Assembly (NCBI GenBank): GCA_002269645.1
Contig: NIVC01000166.1
Location: 248,001-312,000, forward strand
Source of the DNA: Macrostomum lignano
Taxonomy: Eukaryota
Reading direction: 5' to 3'
Length of the DNA stretch: 64,000 nucleotides
Position 1 is the stretch's first letter; each line of letters opens with the position of its first letter. Below the pieces are notes generated by a model. It did not search any database. It was not told the origin of the DNA and was given only the letters and a program-made list of their open reading frames with translations. A program made the position numbers and the translations under genes. This document shows positions 21,176-34,265 of this stretch, piece after piece.

Positions 21176-22784
21176 TAGAAAGGTTCTTTTTTAGGCATGG
21201 ATAACTATTTAGCCACCTATAAAAGTTCAGTAAAGCCAAGGTGCAAATAAAAAATCAAAAAGGGGCAGAATAGGCGAGACAAGTGCTTGTGCACAGTCTA
21301 AAAACTTCTTTGTGACAAACAACTAGCAAAAAAACGCATACCTTGTGCTTTGTGTGAGGAAAATAAAGAGAAAACTATGACATACCGATGAGTGATGACA
21401 ATCAGCAGGTGCATTCCAGAAAGTGGAAGTGGCGAGTAAAATTTACAAGCTATTAAAAACTTAAGAAGTAGTATCGTGTGCACTTCTGAGTACTAGTACG
21501 AGTAGAAATTCTAAAATAATTTTTGAGAACTCCAAATTTTTTTGCATCTTGTGGAATGATTTATCATTCAGTAGATTATTTAAATAATTTTTTCCAATAA
21601 TAATAATGCTAGCCGCCGCGATGCAAACGTTCTACAATAATACAAATTTTATCATGTTAATTAAAAAAGTTTAAAGATAAACCTCTCATTACAGAGCGCC
21701 ATCAATGGAAACCTCTGATTCTGCTTAGAGGTTATAAACAGAAAAACAAAACAAAAAAGTGTGTGTGTGTAAAAATAAAAACAGAAAATAAAAGAACATG
21801 AATAAAATTTGCACAACCAAATTCGGTTATCGTAGGCAGCAGTGTGCTACTATAAGTAGCAAGGAGAACAAGCTAAAATTAGAGGTTAACAAAAAAGGTA
21901 ATTCTATGCTGTTTTCTTAAAAATTCCATGTCTATGTCAGAAACTGAAATATGTGTGTTTTCGAAGAAACGGTATCGCTGATCCGCCAACAGCCTGTGTT
22001 CCAAGAAACAATACCATTTCTTAGAAAATTACTCATTCAAAAGTGTACGCAAGTTTAAGGAACACACTTCTATAATATAAGCAAAGAAGTCAAGAGCAAC
22101 TTGAAATGTGCGCGCAAAAAGGAAAAAAAATTGAATAAACAACTGACTACTGACAGAGACAAATAAGTAGCGTGTACAAAATGCCGCATATTAATAGTAT
22201 TATTATAAGGAAACAATATTTTTCTCTTAAACAAAAATTGGTCAAAAAGCGAATGGGTAAATTATCTTGCTTTTAATTAAAAATGTGGATTGTTATTAAT
22301 GAAGAAATACTTTGCAGTTGGTGTTTGGATGATCAATCATGGGGATTGCTGCTGTGTACATTTTTATTTCAAAAGAGACCAGTTCAAAGGTGACTTTCAA
22401 ATTTAATCATAAAGCTCCCGTACAATTTATTAACAAGTGGAGAATTAGTAAATACTGGTAGTACAGATCAGTATGACTAGATACAGATAAAAATCCAGTG
22501 ATTTGACTAGAAAGAGCAGATTGACTAGAAATTATTGCAGACTTGATATACTATACATATTTAACTGTAATTAAATCGTTGTGCGATTGTATTATCCTTT
22601 CTCACACACAGAATATTAAATATTAGGTAACAGTATCCTAGGGTTAGATTCAAAACGCATTTATTAATTAGACATTCCTAAATTACTTACTATAAGTAGC
22701 TTGATCATTTTCTTCAATAAGTGAACAGTAATTAAAAAAACACGGTCGTTGTTCCCAAGAACAGATACTAGAATAACTAACTAT

Positions 22785-23400
22785 GCCACGCGCAACAAAA
22801 GTTGTGAAAAAAATTATTTATCAGCAGTTTTGGCTGCGCAGTGTCACTTAAATTTAATACGGAAGCTAAAATTTCCTTCCCTTTCCCAGAAGCACATGGA
22901 GTTGGAAATGGGAAAAGCAAGCATTTAACTCGATGTACACAAGTTAACGCCAGACGGATGAAACCCTGTCTAGGAGTGCAGAACAATCTGGCTCAGCCAA
23001 TGAGAGAGCAGTAAGGAGAGAGATCAAAGTCAGAAGGACGAAACTCAGCCTAGGGCGCAGGCCCAATCTAGCTCAGCCAATGAGAGAGCAGTAAGGAAGG
23101 AGAGATCAAAGTCAGAAGGACGAAACTCAGCCTAGGGCGCAGGCCCAATCTAGCTCAGCCAATGAGAAAGCAGTAAGGAGAGAGATCAAAGTCAGAAGGA
23201 CGAAACTCAGCCTAGGGCGCAGGCCCAATCTAGCTCAGCCAATGAGAGAGCAGTAAGGATAGAGGTCAAAGTCAAGCACAAGCGGACAAGAGGAAAGCCA
23301 AAACTGTTTATCGGCCTGGCTGGAGCGCCACCTCCTTTCTCTCTTGCTCGCCATGCACACGCACTGGATTTGACTTTTTCAAGTTAAAGATGCCAATTTA
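22785..23400 (+). mobile_element. Dispersed non-autonomous element with internal ~80-bp tandem repeats, copy 1
   Basis: Unit CTAGCTCAGCCAATGAGAGAGCAG...CCTAGGGCGCAGGCCCAAT occurs x3-4. The unique flanks also match the reverse complement of 33590-34215. Confidence 0.75.
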
Positions 23401-23801
23401 GTAGTCTGTTTGTAGAAAGCCTGAGCTGATTGTTACAGCTTCAACAACAACTTTAAAAAATATTTTACAAAAAGTAAAATGTAACTGAAAAAGCTAAGAG
23501 TACGAGCTCGTAGATAAGCGCGTTTTTGCGGGTGACATCTAGCTATTCTAGTATCAGTGAGTAACGCCAGATCGCAGAGCAGAGCGTGTACACTGTCTGA
23601 CGCAATGCGAAAGTCATCAGGGCCGCTGTACGAGTACACCTTGCATGATCAGCCGAGTGGTCACAGCTGGTTTCAGCTGGCAATCTACCCTATACTTTGA
23701 CAAATTTAGTAAAATTTAAACAAATATCTTTAAACATATTTTTAACACAAGGAATGCGCTCCAGCTGTAAGTGCAGATACTAATAACTTTTGCAATTCGA
23801 A

Positions 23802-26339
23802 TCACGCCTTCGCCGCCGCACCGTCAGCGTCTGCTGCTGCTGCTGCCTCTTGCGGAGGCAGAAAGGCGACAGCTTCAGTCTGCTGTTGGTCAGTCTCAGG
23901 TCCTCCGGCAGATGGTCGAGCTTTGTGATGTTGTTGATGCTGATGATGATGATGATGATGCTGAGCAGCTGGTCTGCTCACAGCGGTAGTCGCGCCGCCA
24001 TCTAGCTCCCGCTCGGACGGGCCCCGGCAGCAGTACTTGCGCACTTTCGGCAGAACAAAGGGCAAACTGCACAGAGCCGCAACGCCGCCAATGCAGCCGA
24101 GAACCACAACGTAAAACAGAAAGTTCGGCGCCGTGGCGGCGTAGTCATCGCAGTTGGCTGGACTTTCGTCCGCTTCGCTTGGACACTTGGCATCGCCGCT
24201 GCACAGCTGATGGCAGGGATAGTAGGCGCTGGATAGCTGATAGCTGGAGTTGCTGCCCTGGATGAAGTCGCAGGTGCAGAAGCACTTTTGAGAACAGCCG
24301 GGACACGCGAGCGAGTCGCTGACCAAACCGGCTGCGCCGCTCTCTGAAGCGTCAGCTGCCGTAGGCAGGCTGCGGCAAGGCGTGCAAGCCGGCCGGCACT
24401 GCGTGTGACGGCCGCGGTTCTTTGAGGACACCCGATTGCAGGTGTGCTGCAGCTCGTTGAAGCAGGTCAGCTGCGGGATCGGGTGCGGCAATGGGCTGGG
24501 GACTCAGATTTGGGATCCGATTGGGGATTCAGATTTGGGATCCGATTGGGGATTCAGATTTGGGATCTGATTGGGGATTCAGATTTGGGATCCGATTGGG
24601 GATTCAGATTTGGGATCTGATTGGGATTCAGATTTGGGATCTGATTGGGGATTCAGATTTGGGATCTGATTGGGGATTCAGATTTGGGATCTGATTGGGG
24701 ATTCAGATTTGGGATCTGATTGGGGATTCAGATTTGGGATCTGATTGGGGATTCAGATTTGGGATCTGATTGGGGATTCAGATTGGGGATCAGATTGGGA
24801 TTCAGATTTGGGATCTGATTGGGATTCAGATTTGGGATCTGATTGGGATTCAAATTTGGGATCTGATTGGGGATTCAGATTTGGGATCTGATTGGGATTC
24901 AGATTCGGGATCTGATTGGGATTCAGATTTGGGATCTGATTGGGATTCACATTTGGGATCTGATTGGGGATTCAGATTTGGGATCTGATTTGGGATTCAG
25001 ATTTGGGATCTGATTTGGGATTCAGATTTGGGATCTGATTTGGGATTCAGATTTGGGATCTGATTTGGGATTCAGATTTGGGATCTGATTTGGGATTCAG
25101 ATTTGGGATCTGATTGGGGATTCAGATTTGGGATCTGATTGGGGATTCAGATTTGGGATCTGATTGGGGATTCAGATTTGGGATCTGATTGGGGATTCAA
25201 ATTTGGGATCTGATTGGGGATTCAGATTTGGGATCTGATTGGGGATTCAGATTGGGGATCTGATTGGGGATTCAGATTGGGGATCTGATTGGGGATTCAG
25301 ATTTGGGATCTGATTGGGATTCAGATTTGGGATCTGATTGGGATTCAAATTTGGGATCTGATTGGGATTCAGATTTGGGATCTGATTGGGATTCAGATTT
25401 GGGATCTGATTGGGATTCACATTTGGGATCTGATTGGGATTCAGATTTGGGATCTGATTGGGGATTCAGATTTGGGATCTGATTGGGGATTCAGATTGGG
25501 GATCTGATTGGGATTCAGATTTGGGATCTGATTGGGATTCACATTTGGGATCTGATTGGAATTCACATTTGGGATCTGATTGGAATTCAGATTGGGGATC
25601 TGATTGGGATTCAGATTGGGGATCTGATTGGAATTCAGATTGGGGATCTGATTGGGATTCAGATTTGGGATCTGATTGAGGATTGAGATTTGGGATCTGA
25701 TTGGGATTCAGATTTGAGCTGAGCCATCTACTGGTTAATCCCTTTTGAGATTTACTGGGGAATCCCTTTTTGGGATCTACTGGGGAATTACTATTAGGAT
25801 CTACTGGGAAATCTCTATTGTGGTCATCAGTTGGTCAGAATCAGAACGAAAGAATATATAACGTAAGACTCTCAATAACATCCCCAAAAAGCCAGTCTCA
25901 CCCGAACAATGCCGTCAGCTCCCAGTCCGGCCGGTCTGTGGGTTACGGCAAACCAGGCGCAGAACATGTCGGGCTCCTGGGACAGGCACAGCTGCAATGC
26001 CCGGCCGAAAGTTCTCTCCGCCGGTTTCAAGCGTTTCAATTCGCGAGCAGCCCCCGAAGAGGCGTTCAACTCCCGCCAGATGAGGCGGTCCAGCTGCATC
26101 TGCCTGTGCCTGTCGGTCACCTCCGTGACAGCTGACAGCGGACCTGACCGATCGCCAGACGATGGTAAAGTGGTCAAACCGCCAGACACCTGCTGGGCAG
26201 AGCTGGCCGAAGTTGCCAGCGCTGTTGCCAAGGCCATGGCAACCAAACAGCGGATAGCCGGACTGGATGAGGATAAGCCGCAGAAACAGATTCGAAAATA
26301 CTCGAAATTATGAAACCAGCTGCTAGATAACAGCATCAT
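23802..26339 (-). CDS. Single-pass membrane protein with a Cys-rich ectodomain including an LDL-receptor class A-like module; exons 25902-26339 and 23802-24470
   Basis: Hydrophobic leader ([16 protein letters not shown]). [22 protein letters not shown] resembles LDLa. TM segment [24 protein letters not shown], followed by KVRK. Phase-0 GT/AG intron. Confidence 0.7.
24490..25720. repeat. 24-25-bp minisatellite (GGGATTCAGATTTGGGATCTGATTG) filling an intron
   Basis: About 50 tandem copies, starting next to the acceptor at 24470. Confidence 0.95.
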
Positions 26340-26409
26340 CGGCTGCACAGGTGACTGAAATTCAATAAATTGATAGCTTTCTAAATATCTGCGAAATAAC
26401 AATAGCAGA

Positions 26410-26950
26410 TATGAAATCCTAAATATTTATTGATTATGAATTCCAAATATCTATGGATTATGAAATCCCAAATATCCATGGCTTATGAAATCACAAAAAT
26501 CTATGGATTATAAAATCTCAAATGTCTACGGGTTATGAAATCCCAAATACACATGGATTTATGAAATCCAAAATACACATGGATTATGAAATCTCAAATA
26601 CACATGGATTATGAAATCCCAAATACACATGAATTGTGAAATCCCAAATATCTATGGATTATGAAATCCCAAATACACATGGATTATGAAATCCCAAATA
26701 CACATGGATTTATGAAATCCCAAATATCTATGGATTATGAAATCCCAAATACACATGTATTATGAAATCCCAAACACACATGGATTATGAAATCCCAAAT
26801 ACACATGTATTTATAAAATCCCTAAGATCTATGGATTATGAAATCCCAAATACACATGGATTATGAAATCCCAAATACACATTGATTATGAAATCCCACA
26901 TATCTATGGACTTTAAGTCCATAAAATCTACCTAAATATATGGATTTTTA
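26410..26950. repeat. 25-bp minisatellite (ATGGATTATGAAATCCCAAATACAC)
   Basis: Tandem copies visible. Confidence 0.9.
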
Positions 26951-27770
26951 AACCAAGAACAGAACGCTGAAGATCTCATTAACTAAAATAATAAAAACAG
27001 AAAGGACGCCTACAAGTATATTTAAAATTAGCTTTGCATAGTAACTTAGTAAGCCAATAAATATATTGCATTAGAACTACATAAAAAATAGGGTTATAAA
27101 AATAAGACTTACAGACAAGCCAACAACAGACTTGACAACTTATCTCAAGCTGAGCACGGCGGCAGATTGGTAGCATTGAAGAAAAAGCAGAGAAAGATTG
27201 CTGCTACTAAAATCAGAGCCAAGTGAGATGGGAAGAGAGAGGAAGGGAATCAAATTAGTGCTAGCGACCCCAAACTCTACACTTGCCTTCTTCACTCGAT
27301 GAGCAGGGTGAAGCCTCTTTCATGTTCTCGCCAGATGCGACCTGAACCAATCACATCGATATTGGCGATATCGCATGGCTGACAAGGTAATTAATTACAT
27401 TATATATCTGACTGTACTTGTATGCAGTATAATATAGTTGCAATAATGTATCACTGCCCTAAATAATAAGGCGCACTTGAATCAGTGTTGCCATATCTTA
27501 GCTAATGGTTAATCATGGACTCTTGTTAGATCTTAGTTAATGGTAATCGTGGACTGCTTCTATATCTTAGCCTAATGGTAATTTAGGTAGTACTATGCAC
27601 AGATACAGAAGCAATACAACATGCATGATAGACAATCTATTAACTACTAACAATTAAGAAACCACTATATAAATATGCTATTGATATTGTGGAACGTTAG
27701 TAACACGCGCAAACGAGGGAAGACAAATATCTACTCGTCAGTAGTTGAACAGTTAAAAGTCGCACTCGCA

Positions 27771-29112
27771 CTACTTAGAGTAGTTCCGCTCGCCAAATAT
27801 TGTACTGCCGACGCGTACATTTGTGCTGCCCATTTTTATCTGTAAAATTTTAATGGAAAATTAAATAAACGAAATATTCAAATGACACTACTGACAATCA
27901 GACAAATAAGTAGAAAGTAAGACATTTGTTTGAAAAATAAAAATATAAATATAACTCACGGCCAGTTCGAAATCGGACGACATGCCCATGCTCAGCTCCA
28001 GGTGCTCCTCGCCGCCAAGTTTCAATGTCGCGGTCAGCTCGCGGCGGCACAAAACCAGCCGTTCAAAATCAGCGTTGCCATCCTCAGCTTGATGCGAAGC
28101 TTCCAACGAGCCAATTGTCATGAGGCCGGCTAGGCTAATTGCCGGGCAATTTTCTAGCAAGTGGCCGGCCAAACCGACCACTTGGTTGGGTTTGCAGCCG
28201 TACTTCTGCTCCTCGTTGCTTGTGTTCACCTGGATACACGTTGGAGGTTAGGGTAGAGGCGAGTGAGAGTACATTAGGGCTATGGGAAAGAATGTACATT
28301 ATTAGGGGTACGAATTTTGAAGGCTCAGTGTACATCAATGGGTAGAATAGTGGGGCTGAGTATACATTGGGGGTAGAAAAAGTGGGGCTGAGTGTTCATG
28401 TACATTGGGGGAAGAAATTTTGGGGGCTGAGTGTACATATGGGGTAGAGGGAAATGAGTGTACATCAAGAGGTAGGAACAGAGGGGTTTGCGTGTACATT
28501 AGGGGGTAGAAATAGAAAAAGCGCATGAGTTGAGTGAGTGTGCGTATGTGGGGTTGAGGTGTAGGTTGGGATCAGCATCAGATTGGGATGAAATGTAGGT
28601 TGTTAACAGACGTTAATTTTACTGTAAACAACTGAAAATGGTGAATAGAGCTAATCCGTCACATTGAGCACATGTCTCACCTGAATAAACACTCTCAATT
28701 TGCTACCCGACTCATAGGCGGAGGTCTTGGTCCACTCTTTGTGCAGCAGATTTGCTAATTTTTCAGAATCTACCGTTTCCATAGTATCCAAATTGTTAAC
28801 CTGGGATAAACGTTTCACATTCTTTGACTGACAATGACCGATAAAATGCCAGCGAATGTCCGGGCACTGCGACTGGATCTCGGGGCTGTGGGATTTCTCG
28901 TACAATTCTTGAACATAGTTCTCGCCAAAGTGCCTCTGGCCAGCCGAGTAGGCGGCTACAATATCGGATATCGGCTTGGTTTTCGACACGGCAACCAAGC
29001 GAGGCAGCTGCTTGGCCGAGCCGCCCGAAGCTGCGGCAGCAGCGCTAGCGATTCGCTGGAGCACAGACTGGAGACGGGAAGCGACCTCGGTGCCGCCAGT
29101 GGCCACGGACAT
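27771..29112 (-). CDS. PLPBP: Pyridoxal phosphate-binding protein (PROSC/YggS family); exons 28681-29112, 27960-28229, 27771-27839 (256 aa)
   Basis: LVAVSKTKP, HFGENYVQEL, WHFIGH, GLMTIG, LSMGMSSDF and a manually found last exon IKMGSTNVRVGSTIFGER. All introns are phase 0. Confidence 0.95.
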
Positions 29113-29139
29113 TTCTTGCTGCTGTGGCTGAAATACCAA

Positions 29140-30865
29140 AGATACCCCCAGCACAGGAATATAGATACCTACAGCACAGGAATATAGATACCTACAGCAG
29201 TGGAATATAGATACCTACAGCAGTGGAATATAGATACCTACAGCAGTGGAATATAGATACCTACAGCAGTGGAATATAGATACCTACAGCAGTGGAATAT
29301 AGATACCTACAGCAGTGGAATAGATACTCACAGCACTAGGATATAGATACCCACAACTCTGGGATATAGATACCCACAAAACTGGGATATAGATACCTAC
29401 AGCACTGGAAAATAGATACCTACAGCAGTGGAATATAGATACCTACAGCAGTGGAATATAGATACCTAAAGCAGTGGAATACAGATACCCACAACATTGG
29501 GATGTAGATACCCACAACACTGGGATATAGATACCCACAAAACTGGGATATAGATACCTACAGCAGTGGAATATAGATACCTACAGCAGTGGAATATACC
29601 TACAGCAGTGGAATATAGATACCTACAGCAGTGGAATACAGATACCCACAACATTGGGATGTAGATACCCACAACACTGGGATATAGATACCCACAAAAC
29701 TGGGATATAGATACCTACAGCAGTGGAATATAGATACCTACAGCACAGGAATATAGATACCCACAGCAGTGGAATATAGATACCCACAGCACAGGAATAT
29801 AGATACCCACAACGTGGAATGTAGATACCCACAGCACTGGGATATAGATACCCACAAAACTGGGATATAGATACCTACAGCAGTGGAATATAGATACCTA
29901 CAGCAGTGGAATATAGATACCTACAGCAGTGGAATATAGATACCTACAGCAGTGGAATACAGATACCCACAACATTGGGATATAGATACCCACAAAACTG
30001 GGATATAGATACCTACAGCAGTGGAATATAGATACCTACAGCACAGGAATATAGATACCCACAGCAGTGGAATATAGATACCCACAGCACAGGAATATAG
30101 ATACCCACAACATGGAATGTAGATACCCACAGCACTGGGATATAGATACCCACAACATGGAATGTAGATACCCACAGCACTGGGATATAGATACCCACAA
30201 CATGGAATGTAGATACCCACAGCACAGGAATATAGATACCTACAGCAGTGGAATATAGATACCTACAGCAGTGGAATATAGATACCTACAGCAGTGGAAT
30301 ACAGATACCCACAACATTGGGATGTAGATACCACAACACTGGGATATAGATACCCACAAAACTGGGATATAGATACCTACAGCAGTGGAATATAGATACC
30401 TACAGCACAGGAATATAGATACCCACAACATGGAATGTAGATACCCACAGCACAGGGATATATATACCCACAACATGGAATGTAGACACCCACAGCACTG
30501 GGATATAGATACCCACAGCACTGGGGTATAGATACCCACAGCACTGGGGTATAGAAACCCACAGCACTGGGATATAGATACCTACAGCAGTGGAATATAG
30601 ATACTTACAGCAGTGGAATATAGATACCTACAGCAGTGGAATATAGATACCCACAACACTATGATATAGATACCCACAGCACAGGAATATAGATACCCCA
30701 GCAGTGGAATATAGATACCCACAGCAGTGGAATGTAGATACCCACAACATGGAATGTAGATACCCACAGCACTGGGATATAGATACCCACAACATGGAAT
30801 ATAGATACCCACAGAACTGGGATATAGAGACCCACAGCAGTGGAATATAGATACCCACAGCAGCA
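29140..30865. repeat. ~21-bp minisatellite (ATATAGATACCTACAGCAGTGGA), ~1.7 kb, just upstream of PLPBP
   Basis: Tandem copies visible. Confidence 0.95.
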
Positions 30866-31719
30866 TCTTAGCTTATAAATCATAGCTCATAAATCAAGAT
30901 AGCCTAATAAGCCAGCAAAAACTGTGTTACATAATCAGATCAAATTATCACATAAAAAAGACATCACTAATCCATGGTAAAATTTAGTGCATATTTTATC
31001 TACAAATTTTATTGAATACAGGCGGCCTTAAAAAACACAAAAATACAATGCTTGCGAACATCAGTGTAAAAATACAATAATGGAAACAAATAAAAAATGT
31101 GCTAATGCGTAAGTAATATCGCAGATAAAAGTTACTGAGCAAGTGCAGTACATGTACTTCTAACTAATTTGCGTAGATCAGAAAATGAAGGGGATAGTGA
31201 TTAAAAATAATCAGCCACATCAGATTTGCATTGGTGTGTCGGGAGTTTGAGAGCATTCATTTTTTCCTTTTAAATGTACAACCATTGCGCGTGAAATTTG
31301 ATTAATTATTTCGAAGTTTTGTTAATATACTACTAAAAATACTATGTGCATAATATATATTCAGTAAAATTATCTTCTGTACAAAGATTACAGCAACAAT
31401 GAGGATAGAATTGCAATAACGCTGCTATCTGCGGAATCTCACAGAAAAAAATAAGGGGATCTCAATTAACAAAGGAGAATATACCTAAAAAACAAGATAC
31501 ATCTCATAAACGAAGGAGATTCTTTGCAGCAAATTAAAATTCTCACGACAGGGGGGATCTCAAAACAAAGAATCGCACATAAAAGGGAATCCTCGAACGA
31601 TAAGAAATCTCAAATTCATGATGGCAAACTTCAGAGCAAGGGAATCTTAAAGCAACGGAGAATCATACAGCATAGAGAATTTCAGCATTGGGGAATCTCA
31701 AATCAAGGGAACCCTAAGG

Positions 31720-32160
31720 CCTAAGGGGAATCTCAAAACAAGGGGGATTTCCAAACAAAGGGGAATCTCAAAACAAGGGGAATCCCAAGACAAGGGAACT
31801 TTCAAACAAGGGGAATCTCAAAACAAGAAAATTTCCAACCAAGGGGAATCTCAAAGCAAGGGGAATTTCCAAACAAGGGGAATCTCAAAGCAAGGGGAAT
31901 TTCTAAACAAGGGGAATCTAAAGACAAGGGGACTTTCAAAACAAGGGAATTTCCAAACAAGGGGAATCTCAAAACAAGGGAATTTCCAAACAAGGGAAAT
32001 CTCAAACAAGGGGAATCTCAAAACAAGGGGAATCTAAAGACAAGGGGAATCTCAAAACAAGGGAATTTCCAAACAAGGGGAATCTCAAAACAAGGGAATT
32101 TCCAAACAAGGGAAATCTCAAACAAGGGGAATCTCAAAACAAGGGGAATCTCAAAACAAT
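31720..32160. repeat. ~18-bp minisatellite (AAACAAGGGGAATCTCA)
   Basis: Tandem copies visible. Confidence 0.9.
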
Positions 32161-32296
32161 AAAAAATAGGGTAAGAATGACATGACAACACAAACTTTAA
32201 ATCTACGATAGAAATAATGTAAAAAAACTTGTCTAATGAACTCCAAAGTAAGAAGCCTGTAAATTCTGTTACCGCTGTTAACGAAAACCCGCCACT

Positions 32297-32746
32297 TCAA
32301 AAAGAATTCGGAGCAACGGCGTTTAGATCGCGAAACACGGTGGAATTCTTTCGTTTCCTTGACAACGCCGCAATGCCTCCCAATACGCCGCCGCCGGGCG
32401 AAACAGAAGCGGCGGTGGAGTCAGCAGCCCGCGGCATCGGCAGGCACTCCGCCAGCAGAATGCCGCCAGATTGGCCCAATCCGTCTTCTTTGACATCGTC
32501 ACAGAGCTTCATTCGTTTTGGCGGACTCGGACAGCACAGCCCCGCGTGTTTGTAACTTTTGTCTTTGTCTTTGTCCCCATCGGACTGGCCGGTATTGCCT
32601 AAGCAGGCGGCGCTGGTCTTTGTTGGAGATCGAGAGGGGAACAGCAGCAGGCTGGGGAAATTCCTGCTAAGCCATGAGGTCCCGATGGCGCCCGTGTTAT
32701 TGGCGCGGCAATTGATACCGCTTTTACACCTGTCTGCCCCGCACAT
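32297..32746 (-). CDS. Hypothetical single-exon ORF or orphan exon (149 aa)
   Basis: GC-rich island with host-like codon usage. AG lies 2 nt before the ATG. Basic patches PPKRMKL and RKRK. No recognised domain. Confidence 0.4.
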   Translation of the reverse strand: MCGADRCKSGINCRANNTGAIGTSWLSRNFPSLLLFPSRSPTKTSAACLGNTGQSDGDKDKDKSYKHAGLCCPSPPKRMKLCDDVKEDGLGQSGGILLAECLPMPRAADSTAASVSPGGGVLGGIAALSRKRKNSTVFRDLNAVAPNSF

Positions 32747-32879
32747 GGCTTTCAGTTATTAATGCTTCAGTAGTGATTTTAAGTGGGGTAGCTTGAGAAA
32801 CCTCTGAAAAGATTGTTAGCATGAACTTAAGTTTGCATTATGTTTGTAAATCAATTATCAGATCCACTTGTTCATCCGA

Positions 32880-33110
32880 TTCTCTGTCAGTCTGTCTGCC
32901 CGTCTGCCTGTCTGTCTGCCTGTGTCTGTCTGTCTGGCTGGTTATCTATCTGTCTGTCTGTTTGTCTGTCTGTCTCTCTCTCTCTCTCTCTGTCTGTCTA
33001 TCAGCCTGTCTGTCTGGCTATCTATCTGTCTGTCTGTTTGCCTGTCTTTCTCCCTTTCTCCCTCCCTCCTTATCTGCCTGTCTGTCTGTCTGCCTGCCTG
33101 CCTGGTTGCC
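32880..33110. repeat. (TCTG)n-type microsatellite
   Basis: Directly visible. Confidence 0.9.
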
Positions 33111-33589
33111 AGAAAAGAATGTTACATGCTTTTTAATCTAGCTGAGATACTGGACCACTGAGAATTTTCCTACGAGTAAACTGCCCTAAGTAAAAAGTAA
33201 ATAAATGAATAAACGAAAAGTTTGACCTACAAAATCCCAAGCTGTCGTGATGATGCTGGCTTTATTACTGGCTTTATTAAAAACACCTGATACAATACAC
33301 AAAATGAGTATTGATAGAACAGGCTTTCAAACGCCGACACAAATGCGACGCCGTAACGAAATGCGAAAGAGACAAGTACAGAACCATATGCTTAATTCCA
33401 AGCTATAATCAAGGATATACATATTGACACCACAGATACTAGAATAGCTATGCTATCGTCTACTTTTTTCAGTTTCATGATTAACATTTTTTGGTATTTT
33501 ATTTGCTAAAATAAAAAAACACTACATTTTACAACTTGCTTCAATTTTGAAGCTGATAACAAGCAGACCCACTTGATTGGATCTTTAAT

Positions 33590-34215
33590 TTGAAAAAAGT
33601 TGAAGTTGCAAAACTTGAAAATCCAGTACGTGCATACCAAACAAGCGAGAAAAGGGGTGGGCCCTAGCCCCCAGCCAGTCTGATAAACAGTTAGGCTTTC
33701 CTCTTGCCCGCTGGTGTCTGACTCTCCTTACTGCTCTCTCATTGGCTGAGCTAGATTGGGCCTGCGCCCTAGGATGAGTTTCGTCCGTCTGACTTTGACC
33801 TCTCTCCTCACTGCTCTCTCTCATTGGCTGAGCTAGATTTGGCCTGCGCCCTAGGTTGAGTTTCGTCCGTCTGACTTTGACCTCTCTCCTCACTGCTCTC
33901 TCATTGGCTGAGCTAGATTTGGCCTGCGACCTAGGTTGAGTTTCGTCCGTCTGACTTTGACCTCTCTCCTCACTGCTCTCTCATTGGCTGAGCTAGACTG
34001 GGCCTGCGCCCTAGGTTGAGTTTCGTCCGCCTTGCGTTCACTTGTGTAAATCGAGTTAAATTATTGTTGTTCATTTTAACCCCCTATGCTCCTGAGGCTT
34101 TTAAATCCGGAGGCAAAGAAATTTTAGCTGCCACATTAAATTAGAGTAACACTGAGCAGACAAACTAATGATAAAAGAGTAGATAGTTCTGATTTTTCAC
34201 AACTTTAATTGCGAG
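33590..34215 (-). mobile_element. Dispersed non-autonomous element with ~80-bp tandem repeats, copy 2 (inverted relative to copy 1)
   Basis: CTCTCATTGGCTGAGCTAGATT...CCTGCGCCCTAGG occurs x4, with homologous flanks. Confidence 0.75.
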
Positions 34216-34265
34216 TGGTATATCCAATCAATCTAGTATTTATAATTGATACTGGAAGCGAAGCA

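Noticed and set aside
24491-25686. ORFs of (GIQIWDLI)n and (GSDWDSDL)n
   Set aside because: Minisatellite inside a GT-AG intron.
29466-30883. Cys/Tyr-rich ORFs (CCGYLYS)n
   Set aside because: Translations of the 21-bp minisatellite.
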